Source of the DNA: Lama guanicoe
Taxonomy: Eukaryota
Direction: 5' to 3'
Length of the DNA: 64,000 nucleotides
NCBI GenBank assembly: GCA_013239625.1
Contig: MU054338.1
Location: 2,854,977 to 2,918,976, forward strand
In this document: one piece after another, positions 24,301 to 33,105 of the stretch
Numbering within the stretch: position 1 is the first letter of the stretch
How the letters are laid out: each line of letters starts with the position of its first letter
Notes under the pieces: model-generated
Told to the model about the DNA's origin: nothing
Database searches by the model: none
Seen by the model: only the letters and a program-made list of their open reading frames with translations
Translations under genes and position numbers: made by a program

Positions 24301-27300
24301 TAAGTCACATCATTATGCTGCATACCCTAAGCTTACACAGTGCCGTGTGTCAGCTGTCAGAAAAACCGGAAGGAAAGGAAAGGCCGCTCGGTGGCAGATG
24401 GCAGAACCATGTGTGGTGTTCATTCCGCTTCTCCCCGAGTCTCACAGCTGCCCCGTGTCTCCCTGTCCCTGCCAGTCTTGGCCCAGCTGCTCCCATTGCT
24501 GCACGGGAACGTGAACGGGAGCAAGGTCATCATCCGGGAGTTCCAGGAGTGCTGCCGCCGAGGACTGCTCAGCAAGGACGCCGGCAGCCCTGAGCGCGGC
24601 TCCGCCAGCCCCCCAAGCCCTGGCCCTTCCCGCCCCCAGACCCCCACCGCCGGCGAGGACGCCGCCATCCCCTCCAAGGCCAGGCTCAAGCGGATTATTT
24701 CCGAGAACTCGGTTTACGAGAAGAGGCCCGATTACAGGATGTGCTGGTATGTCCACCCGGAGGTGCTGAAGAGCTTTGCCCAGGAGCACCTGCCTGTGCC
24801 CTGCCAGTGGAGCTATGTCACTGCGGTGCCCTCGGCCACCAGGGAGGACAATGGCAGTGTCCCCATCACGGGGCCTGGCCAGGGGATGCCCATCTCGCTC
24901 AAGAGGAAATCAGGGGGCAGCATGTGCATCACCCAGTTCATGAAGAAGCGCCGGCACGACGGTCAGGTGAGTGGCCCAGCTGTGCGGCTTCATCATCTGT
25001 AACACACTCTTTCCAGAGCAGTTTTAGATTCACAGCCAAACCGAGGCGACAAAACCGACCAGACCTGAGGGGAAGGACAGAGATTTCCTGTATGCTTCCC
25101 TCCCTCACGCCCGAAGGCACAGCCTTCCTGCTGTTGGCACCCCGCCCAGAGCAGCGCGTTGTTATAGCTCATGAGCTGTCGCCCCGAGTCCGTACTCCAC
25201 TTCAGGGCTCACTCCTGGTGTTGCACGTTTTGTGGGTTTGGACAGACATGTGACAGGTCTCCACTGTCACAGTATCTCACAGAATCACGTCAGTGCCTTA
25301 GAAATCCCCTAGGATCTGCCTATTTCTCCCTCCCTCCAGGCCCTGGCAACTACTAATCCTTTTACTGCCTCCGTAGTTCTGCTTTTTCCAGAATGTCCTA
25401 TCCTTGGAATCGCACAATATGTAGCCTTTTCAGATTGGCTTCTTTCAGTTGGTAATGTGCATTTAATTATCATGGCTTGATAGCTCATTTCTTTTTACAC
25501 TGAATAATGTTCCATGTGGTGGCTTTTATTTAGTTAGTTAGATAGTTTTTACATTCATTTAACGCAGTTTCTAAGCACTTACTCTGCACCAGGTCCCCTG
25601 CTAGGTCTTGTAGGCACACTGGGGAGCAAAACACCATATAATGGGAGACGGGTCCGCAAAGCGAACAGCCGTGTACTTGCAAACTGACAGCGCACAAAGG
25701 AGAAAGCCCACGGCCCTATGGGGACCTTGAGGTCGGTGGGCTTCCTGAGAAACGCCCCCAGAGTGAAGTCTCCAGTGCTGCCTGTACCCCCTGGTACAGC
25801 CTGGGGCCCTGACTGCAGCCATGGTCAGTGTTTGGTTCTTACTGAAATGTGGGTATAAATGTGTTTCATCTCATGTCTCTCACTGGAGACCTGGTTTGCT
25901 GTGTGAGCGTTGGGCCCTCACTTTAGGCAGGCATCTCACAGAGCTAGAGGTTTGGAAGACTCCGTTTCACAAGGATGAGATGGAGGTGTGGTGAGAACTG
26001 GGTTTCCGGCTCTTGTCTCGGGCCTCCCTGGAGGGAGCCGCCACTCTAGGAGCTGCTGCTGAAGGCTGGGTGTTGTCGGAGGAAGAGGGGAGCCACAGCG
26101 TGTGCCCCTCACCCCACTCCTGCCCCTGCCTCTCTGATGTTACTTACTGGTGAGGTCTTTGATGTGTCATAAACCTTCCTAAACTGTCACAGCATGGGGA
26201 CCATCAGCGGTCTGACGTGTTCCTGTCGGCTGTTCTGTTACTCCCGGCCCCTGTCCGGGTGAGGTGTGGACACGGCTTGGTTCGGGGGAGCCCACCTGTT
26301 TAGGAGTCGGGGCCTCAGCCCCACAAACACTTCCCTCCCTGGGCTCAGCCCAGAATGCTCCACTGTGTGTTCAGGCTGCACTCAGGCCGCAGATCGCACC
26401 CGGCCGATGCCACCGTTACCCAGACTGTCCCAGAAGGAGCGCAGGCGCGCCTGCTCTGGGGGAAAGCAGCTGGGCAGCCAGTTCTAAAAAAGCTGGGGTT
26501 GGAAGACACATTCTGTTTCCTTATCCAAGCAGTGTTCGCAGGCTTCGTCCCCCACCCGCCTCCCTCAGGTTCCGTGTGAGGGCTGCAGCTGCGTCCTGAG
26601 CCCCCTCTGCTCTTCCTCTCCTGGCGGGGGGCGTCCTCACACAGGCTCGAGGCCTGTTTCTCTGTGTGGAAAAGGGCGGCGCAACCCTTACCACCTGATG
26701 CCTCACGCCAGGCACTCGACGTGGGTGCCTGCATTTTCTCGGGTGCTTTGTTATTTGCTGAGCCTCCAGGAGAGAGAAAATCCTCCCAAATAAACCGGGT
26801 GCCCCTCCCCAGGGGAGAGGCGTTTCATCTGACGATACTGCTGTGAGCGGTGCTAGTGCGACTTCTCCCTGTTCACAGGCGGTGCCTTGAGGCTCCGCAG
26901 TGTGGCAGGGACTCACGGAAGGCTACACGGCCCGTGGCTCGCGCCCCAGCCTGGGCCTTCACTTCCCCGGGCACGCTGGCCCCAGCCAGTCTGACTCAGC
27001 AAGTCTCGGGGTGGGTGCCAAGTTCTTAGTTTCAAAGCCCCTTCTCAGGGAGTCCCATGGGAGGGGCCAGGACCACAGCATGGGCTAGCACACTGCATGC
27101 ATCACAGGAAGGGAAACTCTGAGCTCGGGCTCTTTGGGGTAGTGGGGAGTCATCCCTGCCGTTCCTCTGAGCACTCGAGGTGGACAGCACTTGGTCCCCC
27201 AGGCCTGTGCAAGGCCGCAGGTAACAGCCCCCATGTCACCTTAAATGCGTGTGGGTCTGTCTCCAGCAAGCAGAAGTCCTGAGCTGGTGAACACTCATCT

Positions 27301-30300
27301 GGGGCCAGCCTCTTCCTGCCTCCCACTGCCTCCTGCCTTTATCTGTGGCCTTTGTCTTCATGGTTGCAGAACGGCTGCCACACCTCCGGGGAGCAGGACC
27401 AGGATGGCCGGGGCCTTCCTGGGGAGGATTCCCATTTAGCAGGAAGGAAGCAGCTTCCATCTGTATCTTTTGGCACAGCCACCCCAGCTGCTGGGGAGGT
27501 GGGGGAGGTGAGACCTTCACCACCAGCAACAAAATTCTGCTTGTGTGGAAGGGCGGGTGGGAGGACAGCTCTGGGTGCGCGCTGAGTGGGGCCTGCCGCA
27601 TGCGCGGGAAGGGGAGCCGTGGGCACAGCTTCCTGGAGGTAGGGGTGGAGGCCCGGGAGCGTGCAGGGTGCCTCCCCTTGCATTTTGGTAAAGCCACTAA
27701 CTGATGCTTCCGCCCCCTTGGGGATAATTGTTGCTATACCATAAACGTATGTGAATATTTTAGATTAGTTTGGGCTTTCTAAACTTGTGGCAATTTAAAC
27801 TTTTCTTTTCACGTCCCAAATAGTCATAATACCTTCTGTGTCTACAAGGCCTATGCTCCAGTGACACCTGTGGTTATGTGCCAGTTCTGACACAGCGTAT
27901 GTGTGTGGCCCCAAGGTGGCTCAACTCTTCGGCTTTGGTTTTACTTTTAAATGGGGGGAGGCTGTATTTGCTCTTTCCAGTCAAAAATATTCTGTGATCA
28001 AAAGGAACCTAAAAGATAGACGGGATTTCAAAATTGTAGAATAGATAAGCAAGATTATACTGTACAGCACAGGGAAATATACACAAGATCTTATGGTAGC
28101 TCACAGAGAAGAAAACGTGATAATGAATATATATGTTCATGTATAACTGAAAAATTGTGCTTTACACTGGAATTTGATACAACATTGTAAAATGACTATA
28201 AATCAATAAAAAGTGTTAAAAAAGTGGGAAAAAAATCTAAGAAAAACAACAAAAAAAAGGAACCTAAAAGGAGACCAGGTGTTACCCAGTCTCAGTTCTT
28301 TATGGTTGTTCACCGTCTTCCCAACTCCGGAGGCTTCCCTTCTGTCTCTGCACGCTCCACCTGCAGGACAGCGGCGTGGTGAGCTCCGCCGCGCCTGCAG
28401 ACTGCTGACAGCTCTCAGCACAGCAGGACTCAGGATGTCGTCCTGAATTCTTCATTTTAGAATGTTGTGCGCCCAGGGAGCTGTGGATGGTGGCTCCTCT
28501 AAAAACTTGTGGACCCAGAGAAATCCTCGTCCATCTGCACTTGCACCTGTCTGGAGGGCCCGGGGACCGGGGAAGGCTGTGCAGGAACCTATCTGTCCCA
28601 TTGCTCACTAGACCCAAAGGAACACCCCCAGGTCGGGGTGGTTGAGAGCTGCTCAGTTCTTTTGAAACAAGTAGTTGGAAACTGCCTGCAGCATCCTTCC
28701 TGCAGCAGTGCTCCCTGTTTGCCTGGGGCCATTCCTGCCTCCGTGGCTCTCAGCCACGAGGACCTGGTGTGGTGCTTCTACCTGAGAACTGGGGACTGCG
28801 GACATGAGCCTGGTCTGCCAGCCAGGCCGGGGAACCCGTGTGCGAGGCAGAGGGTCTTGTTGTGCTGTCATCCTTTTTCCAGGCAAGGGTGACAGGAATT
28901 TCACAAGTGTTTTGAGAAATAGCCTCGCTTTAGAAGTAAGCCCAGCTCTGCCTCCTCTGCCGGTTCTTTTGTTCATTTATAGAGAGTGAAGCTCGGGTGG
29001 CTGGTTGATGTTTACAGTTAGGCCTGTTACTTTCTCCATCCTCTCTCTCTGTCCCCTCTGGTAAAAGCCCAGGCTCAGGATCTCATTGGCAATCCTACCC
29101 TCAGTAGAGGCTTCCCACTCCTCCTGACCCCTGTCCACGCAGCGCACATGGCATCCTCAGGCAAAGCTGGTCTGAGCATCAGTGAAAGGAAAGTGTCACC
29201 AAAGCATCAGGCAGAGGGGACTAAGCTGTTGGGCAGAGAAGGAAACACTGACCAACTAATGTCCCAGCCTCTTAGTCCCAGTAATTATCCAGGGAAGGTG
29301 TGTGCCTTTATCAACCTCTCTTTCAAACCAAACCAGAAACCCAGAATTCTAATTCAAAAACAATTCACAAATTGTTTCTGTAATAGGATGAATAACGATG
29401 AGGGTAGTTTTCAGAAATCTGAACACAATTAGTTTGTGTGAGAGGACTCCCCAAGACTTCCTTTGGTCATAACTGACCAGACTCCTGAACTTTTGCTGCC
29501 AAAATGGGCAGAGGTCAGGAGTACAGAAGCAGGTGATGGGAGGGATCACACCATCCCTGGCTGCTGCTGATGGACTGTGTGCCCTTGTCTGTCCAGGTTG
29601 AAGCTGGGGACCTGGATGGCTTCCAGGCGGACACGGAAGAGGAGGAAGAAGAGGAAGGAGACTGTGTGCTGATGGACATCTCGGATGTTGGGGGTGAGAA
29701 GGGTCCCGAACCCTCCTCTTTTCCTTCAAGTTGGCAGGGGAGGGAAGACCGGGCACCTTCACTCTCCCGCTCGCCTTCTTCTGTGACTAATGAAGACTGA
29801 GTTCAGAGGCCCTGGAAGGCGCTGGGCAGGCTGGCCAGGTGGCGGTGTGGGCACGGGGCTCCAGCCCAGGCCCGGACCGTCTGCCCTGGTCTGAAAGCTA
29901 CACGTGGGACACCAGCGTCCTGAATGTCAGCAGTGATGAGCCGTGTCGGGAGGCAGGCTCCAGGGGCGGGAGCCGAGCCTCCCCGGGGGCAGGGAGCCTG
30001 GGCCCTTGTCCTCGGCCTGCACAGCAAGCCGCTGGGCCTTGGTGCCCGCCTCCCCCGCCTCCGCCACGGGCTTCCTCTCCTGGGAGGTCGGGTGCAAAGC
30101 CAGCTGAAGGGTGCCAGGGAAAGCGCCCAGGCACGAGGTGGACACCGCCCAAGCCTTAGTGAGAAGCAGGGCCTGCCCGCCCACTCCCACAGCAGGTGCG
30201 GTGGCTGAAGCCCCTCCCTCTCTTGCCTTGCAGAGGTCCAGGCCCTGTGCGGAACCACTTCTGGAGCTGGGGGGGCTGTGGGAGTGGACACCAGAGCGAG

Positions 30301-30334
30301 CCTTGTGCCCTCCAGCTCGCTCAGCCCTTCCTGA
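6070..30334 (+). CDS. CHAF1A: Chromatin assembly factor 1 subunit A (p150), complete spliced CDS, 15 exons, 965 aa
   Basis: join(6070-6121,8642-8692,9881-10746,16037-16093,18179-18408,18512-18572,18940-19008,21216-21442,21957-22125,22265-22345,22747-22839,23635-23887,24476-24966,29597-29693,30234-30334) = 2898 nt. All introns are GT-AG with consistent phases. Motifs: PIP (QARLPF), PxVxL (PVVVL), KER, KAEITRFF, ED acidic tract, C-terminal winged helix. Confidence 0.97.
6863..7041 (-). mobile_element. MER20-like hAT DNA transposon
   Basis: ttctcagcctcagcattattcacatttgggg...agttgtgacaaccaaaaatg...gttgaaaaccactg. Confidence 0.8.
7659..7684. repeat. (TA)n microsatellite
   Basis: atatatat... run seen directly. 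Confidence 0.9.
8322..8531 (-). mobile_element. MER20-like hAT DNA transposon
   Basis: atttctcaacctattaacatttggggccagataat...gacaaccaaaagtgtc...ggcgcaaaatcactg. Confidence 0.75.
8642..8692 (+). CDS. CHAF1A: CHAF1A exon 2 (AMDCKDRPAFPVKKLIQ)
   Basis: cacag acceptor, G|gtaact donor. Confidence 0.95.
8897..9086 (-). mobile_element. MER20-like hAT DNA transposon
   Basis: gggtttctctacttcagcactattga...gtgacaaccggtaatgtctccagacattgcc. Confidence 0.75.
9881..10746 (+). CDS. CHAF1A: CHAF1A exon 3 (ARLPFKRL...KVPVVVLQDI...AAHR)
   Basis: ttttag acceptor, gtgagt donor; overlaps ORF 9937-10839; HP1-binding PxVxL motif. Confidence 0.95.
15102..15582 (-). mobile_element. Internally deleted Tigger1-like DNA transposon with both termini
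   Basis: ta|caggcagactgccgagatagtgcgggttaggttccagacc ... gcacaataaagcaaggtgtgcctg|tg; CAGGCA/TGCCTG inverted ends; TA target on the left side. Confidence 0.75.
16037..16093 (+). CDS. CHAF1A: CHAF1A exon 4 (ISKKLVKDSAEKNKMRLQR)
   Basis: tttcag acceptor, gtaaga donor, 57 nt, phase 0. Confidence 0.92.
16388..16526 (+). mobile_element. tRNA-derived SINE (camelid Vic-1-like)
   Basis: gagctcagtggtagagcgtgtgcttagcatgcatgaggccctaggttcaat (A and B boxes), A-rich tail; degenerate TSD aaacttccttaaaaag / aaattgccttagaaag. Confidence 0.8.
18179..18408 (+). CDS. CHAF1A: CHAF1A exon 5 (KER-rich helix)
   Basis: DKERLGKQLKLRAEKEEKEK...; tgcag acceptor, GA|gtgcgt donor. Confidence 0.95.
18512..18572 (+). 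CDS. CHAF1A: CHAF1A exon 6 (AKLEEKRKKEEEKRLREEEK)
   Basis: cacag acceptor after a 103-nt intron; gtagaa donor. Confidence 0.93.
18940..19008 (+). CDS. CHAF1A: CHAF1A exon 7 (RIKAEKAEITRFFQKPKTPQAPK; internal PIP box)
   Basis: tgcag acceptor, gtgagc donor. Confidence 0.95.
21216..21442 (+). CDS. CHAF1A: CHAF1A exon 8
   Basis: TLAGSCGKFAPFEIKEHMVLAP...; ttcag acceptor, gttagt donor. Confidence 0.95.
21957..22125 (+). CDS. CHAF1A: CHAF1A exon 9
   Basis: MKLLQFSENHRPAYWGTW conserved CAF1A motif; ctcag acceptor, gtaagc donor. Confidence 0.96.
22265..22345 (+). CDS. CHAF1A: CHAF1A exon 10 (DLLDYEVDSDEEWEEEEPGESLSHSEG)
   Basis: ED domain motif; ctcag acceptor, gtgagc donor. Confidence 0.96.
22747..22839 (+). 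CDS. CHAF1A: CHAF1A exon 11 (DDDDDVAEDEDEDDGFFVPHGYLSEDEGVTE)
   Basis: Conserved GFFVPHGYLSEDEG; GAG acceptor after a long pyrimidine tract; gtgaga donor. Confidence 0.9.
23635..23887 (+). CDS. CHAF1A: CHAF1A exon 12
   Basis: ECADPENHKVRQKLKAKEWDEF...; caag acceptor, A|gtgagt donor. Confidence 0.93.
24476..24966 (+). CDS. CHAF1A: CHAF1A exon 13 (winged-helix region)
   Basis: LAQLLPLLHGNVNGSK...SKARLKRIISENSVYEKR...; ccag acceptor, gtgagt donor. Confidence 0.96.
28016..28254 (+). mobile_element. Relatively young 5'-truncated L1 3' end with perfect 16-bp TSD
   Basis: actgtacagcacagggaaatat...aatcaataaaa plus A-rich tail; TSD AAAAGGAACCTAAAAG at 28000-28015 and 28255-28270. Confidence 0.85.
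29597..29693 (+). CDS. CHAF1A: CHAF1A exon 14
   Basis: VEAGDLDGFQADTEEEEEEEGDC; tccag acceptor, G|gtgaga donor. Confidence 0.93.
30234..30334 (+). CDS. CHAF1A: CHAF1A exon 15, terminal coding part (EVQALCGTTSGAGGAVGVDT...SPS*)
   Basis: ttgcag acceptor; TGA 30332-30334; AATAAA follows at 30547. Confidence 0.88.
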
Positions 30335-30546
30335 GCCCCTGACGGGCCGTGTATGTATGTAGACTGGTTAGGGTACTCTCAGCGCCTCTCAGATACTTGA
30401 AAGTCCTGACTCCTGTGTAAAGAGCACTTTGTCCTGCTTCGCAGACCTCCCTGGAGGTTTGGAAAGTTTTATATAGGATGCTTGATTAGTTCTTTTTGAT
30501 ACTTGTAAAGATTTTCCCCCAAAAGCTGCATATTAATCTGCCTTTT

Positions 30547-30552
30547 AATAAA
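30547..30552 (+). terminator. CHAF1A polyadenylation signal AATAAA
   Basis: AATAAA about 210 nt after the stop, followed by GT-rich sequence (ttgtgatgtg). Confidence 0.8.
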
Positions 30553-31924
30553 GCATTATTGTGATGTGATGACCTGCCTGCACGGGGAAAGCCTGGTCGT
30601 GCCCTGTGGACCCCTGGCAGGTGCCATGAGGAGATGCTTGTAAATGAATTGAAGCCCGTGGGTGTGGCGTGGTGCCCGGACCTGACGTGGCTGTGTATAA
30701 ACTCACTGTCTAGCCCTGACCTGGCACATTTGTCGTCTTTTCAAATACGTCGCCTCTGTGAGCGGTGTGTCCGCTGCCCGGTGCTCTGTGCCGTCGGGTA
30801 TCTGCTCCCCACTTCCCCACACGCGGACCCGTGATGTTTGTATGAAACATTACGCTTTGCAAAAGCTCTGTCCCATCGCTTTGTACCTCTTTGTTGTGAA
30901 ATACTCGGCCTTCCCGCTGACCCAGTTCAGAGGGCTTCTCAGCAGGTGCTTACTTAGGCCAGTTAAACCCTCTTGCTCCTCAGGTAGGCAAGCAGAGGGT
31001 ATTTCCAACCTCCATGAGCTGAAACCCGGCTTCCAGAGCTGACTTCTGAGTAAGGCCACACCTCAGGGAAGCATCGAAACTGAGGACAGTGGCACCAGCA
31101 CAGCACCTGAGCATGGTGTGCGAGGCCCCGGAGCAGCCCGACACGGGGACTGTGACATGCCCTGCAGAGGTGTGCGAGCATGTGGTGAAGGCCTGGGGCA
31201 GCTGGGGTTTGGGCAGAGTTCACAGGGAACTAGACTCCTGTCCTGCTAGCCCTTCCCATCACGTCGTATTTGCTGTCGACATTCCCGAGGGAGAAGGGGG
31301 GCACCATGGATACAGCTGAGACGGCAGCTCGACCCCGCCATTGGGGAGCTCACTGCGTGGCGCCAAGCCCCTGCCAGGCCTGGTGGGGCTGCAGACACCA
31401 CAGTTGCTGGGAGGACCCTGGCCCCACCCAGGACTAACTGCTGCAGGTTGGGCGCAGCTGCCGGGTGCCAGCACAGGGACAGGACGCACGTGTGGCTCCA
31501 TCTGTGACGCGACTACCTGCACCAGTCAGGTCAGCTTAAAACCATTTCAGTTGCCGCCTGACAAGGTGCAGCCACTCCCAGCAGCAGCTGAGGGTGGAAC
31601 GTGAGACCAAAGTGACAAGCCTAGGCAGTGCTGGGTTTCAGCGATAAGGCGGTGGGGGGGTGCCCAGGTCCTGCCCCCACGTGCGAACAGAGCTGCCGGC
31701 AGCCCAGATGTGAGACAAAGCACTGCGGGGGCTACTCACCGGCTGGGGGGCTTGTTTCTACTCATACTTGGGGCCTGGAAGCTTCAATCTCCCAGAGGCC
31801 GGAGGAGCAGGCCCCACAGGCCCCCATGCAGGCAAGGGTCCAGAAGGGACTAGCACCGGGGAGAGTGGTCTAGAGCCCAGGCTCAGGCAGGTGCAGCCCA
31901 CACTCCAGGCCCCGGGTTCCGCCT

Positions 31925-32300
31925 GTACTCACTCCTTGTGGCTGTGGTAACAAGTCACCACAAACCCGTTCTTACAATTCTAGGAGGCAGAAGTCTGATG
32001 AGGTGTCAGCAGCGCTGGTTCCTTCTAGAAGCTCCAGGGGATCCACTTCTGTGCCTTTTTCAGCTTTTAGAGGCCATCTGAATTCCTTGGCTCGTAGCCC
32101 CTTCCTCCATCTTTGAAACCCACGGCGTCACATCTCCCTCTCCCGCTTTCTTCCACGTTGTTGTCCTGCGATGACACTGGGCCCAGCACCACAACCAGGG
32201 CCATCTCCAACTCACCCTTCATCACATGCGAAGTCCCTTTCTCACATGAGTGACATGCAGTTTCCGGGAGTGAGGATGTGGACATCGGCAGGGATCCTGG
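31925..32300 (-). mobile_element. MaLR (MLT1-type) solo LTR
   Basis: gctgtggtaacaagtcaccacaaac...ttccttctagaagctccagggg...ccttggctcgtagcccc. Confidence 0.7.
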
Positions 32301-32597
32301 TCTGCCGGGCCTGCACAGCTCTGGCCCCCACAGCCCCAGGCCCTGGGAAGCCCTCCCCAGCAGGGTGGGCTCATCTGGCAGGTGGAGACAACAGTTAGGG
32401 ATTGCCCCCCCAGGAAAGCACAGGAAATGAAGAGCTTGACCCGACACGCGGGCTCCTGGGCCCCCAGACACGTCCCCAGGAGCAGGTCCCACTTCACCAG
32501 GAGCCACAGCCAGCCCTCTGGCCGGTGACTCTGCAGCTTCTAAACCTACCCTGCACCTGACAGCTTGGACCCACCAGGAAACTGGTCAAACAGCCTG

Positions 32598-32603
32598 TTT
32601 ATT
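32598..32603 (-). terminator. UBXN6 distal polyadenylation signal AATAAA
   Basis: tttatt on plus, about 380 nt after the stop; downstream GT-rich sequence on minus (gctgtttg). Confidence 0.7.
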
Positions 32604-32970
32604 CAGGTTCATAACTTTACAGAACTGTCCTGACAGGCCCAGTGTCTCCCTCTGCTGCCGGTCACCTCAGGGCCAGCCACAGCCACTTGGGCCACAGTAC
32701 ACGGACACTGGGCCGCGCTGCAGGCCCGCCCTCCTGCCCAGGGGTTCTGTACGCAGGTTAACAGTGACTGCCCTCTCCAGGCCACGGTCACAGCACATGT
32801 CCATGGCCAAGCAGTGCCCCTCCCCACACCCATGTGCACTGGGGGCCAGGGCAGGCGGTTCCAGAGGAGGCCGGGAGGCCCTGGAGCGGTGGGGGGACCG
32901 GGACGAGAGGAGTGTGAGGGAGGCAGGAGGAGCATGAGACAGACCCATGGGGACTAAAGCCAACCCTGCT

Positions 32971-32976
32971 TTTATT
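32971..32976 (-). terminator. UBXN6 proximal AATAAA immediately after the stop
   Basis: Minus strand reads TAG TGA AATAAA. Confidence 0.55.
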
Positions 32977-32979
32977 TCA

Positions 32980-33105
32980 CTAGAGCCTCTCAATGGCCGA
33001 CAGGAGCTCAGGTTTCAGGATAGACGAGTCTGGCTCGGCCCCCGCGGCCCTGATGTCTTCCAGCACCGCCGCGTCCCACGAGAAGGACAGGAGGGCTGAG
33101 GGCAC
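32980..33105 (-). CDS. UBXN6: UBXN6 terminal coding exon (VPSALLSFSWD...SAIERL*)
   Basis: tgcag acceptor; TAG stop 32982-32980. Confidence 0.94.
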   Translation of the reverse strand: MPSALLSFSWDAAVLEDIRAAGAEPDSSILKPELLSAIERL

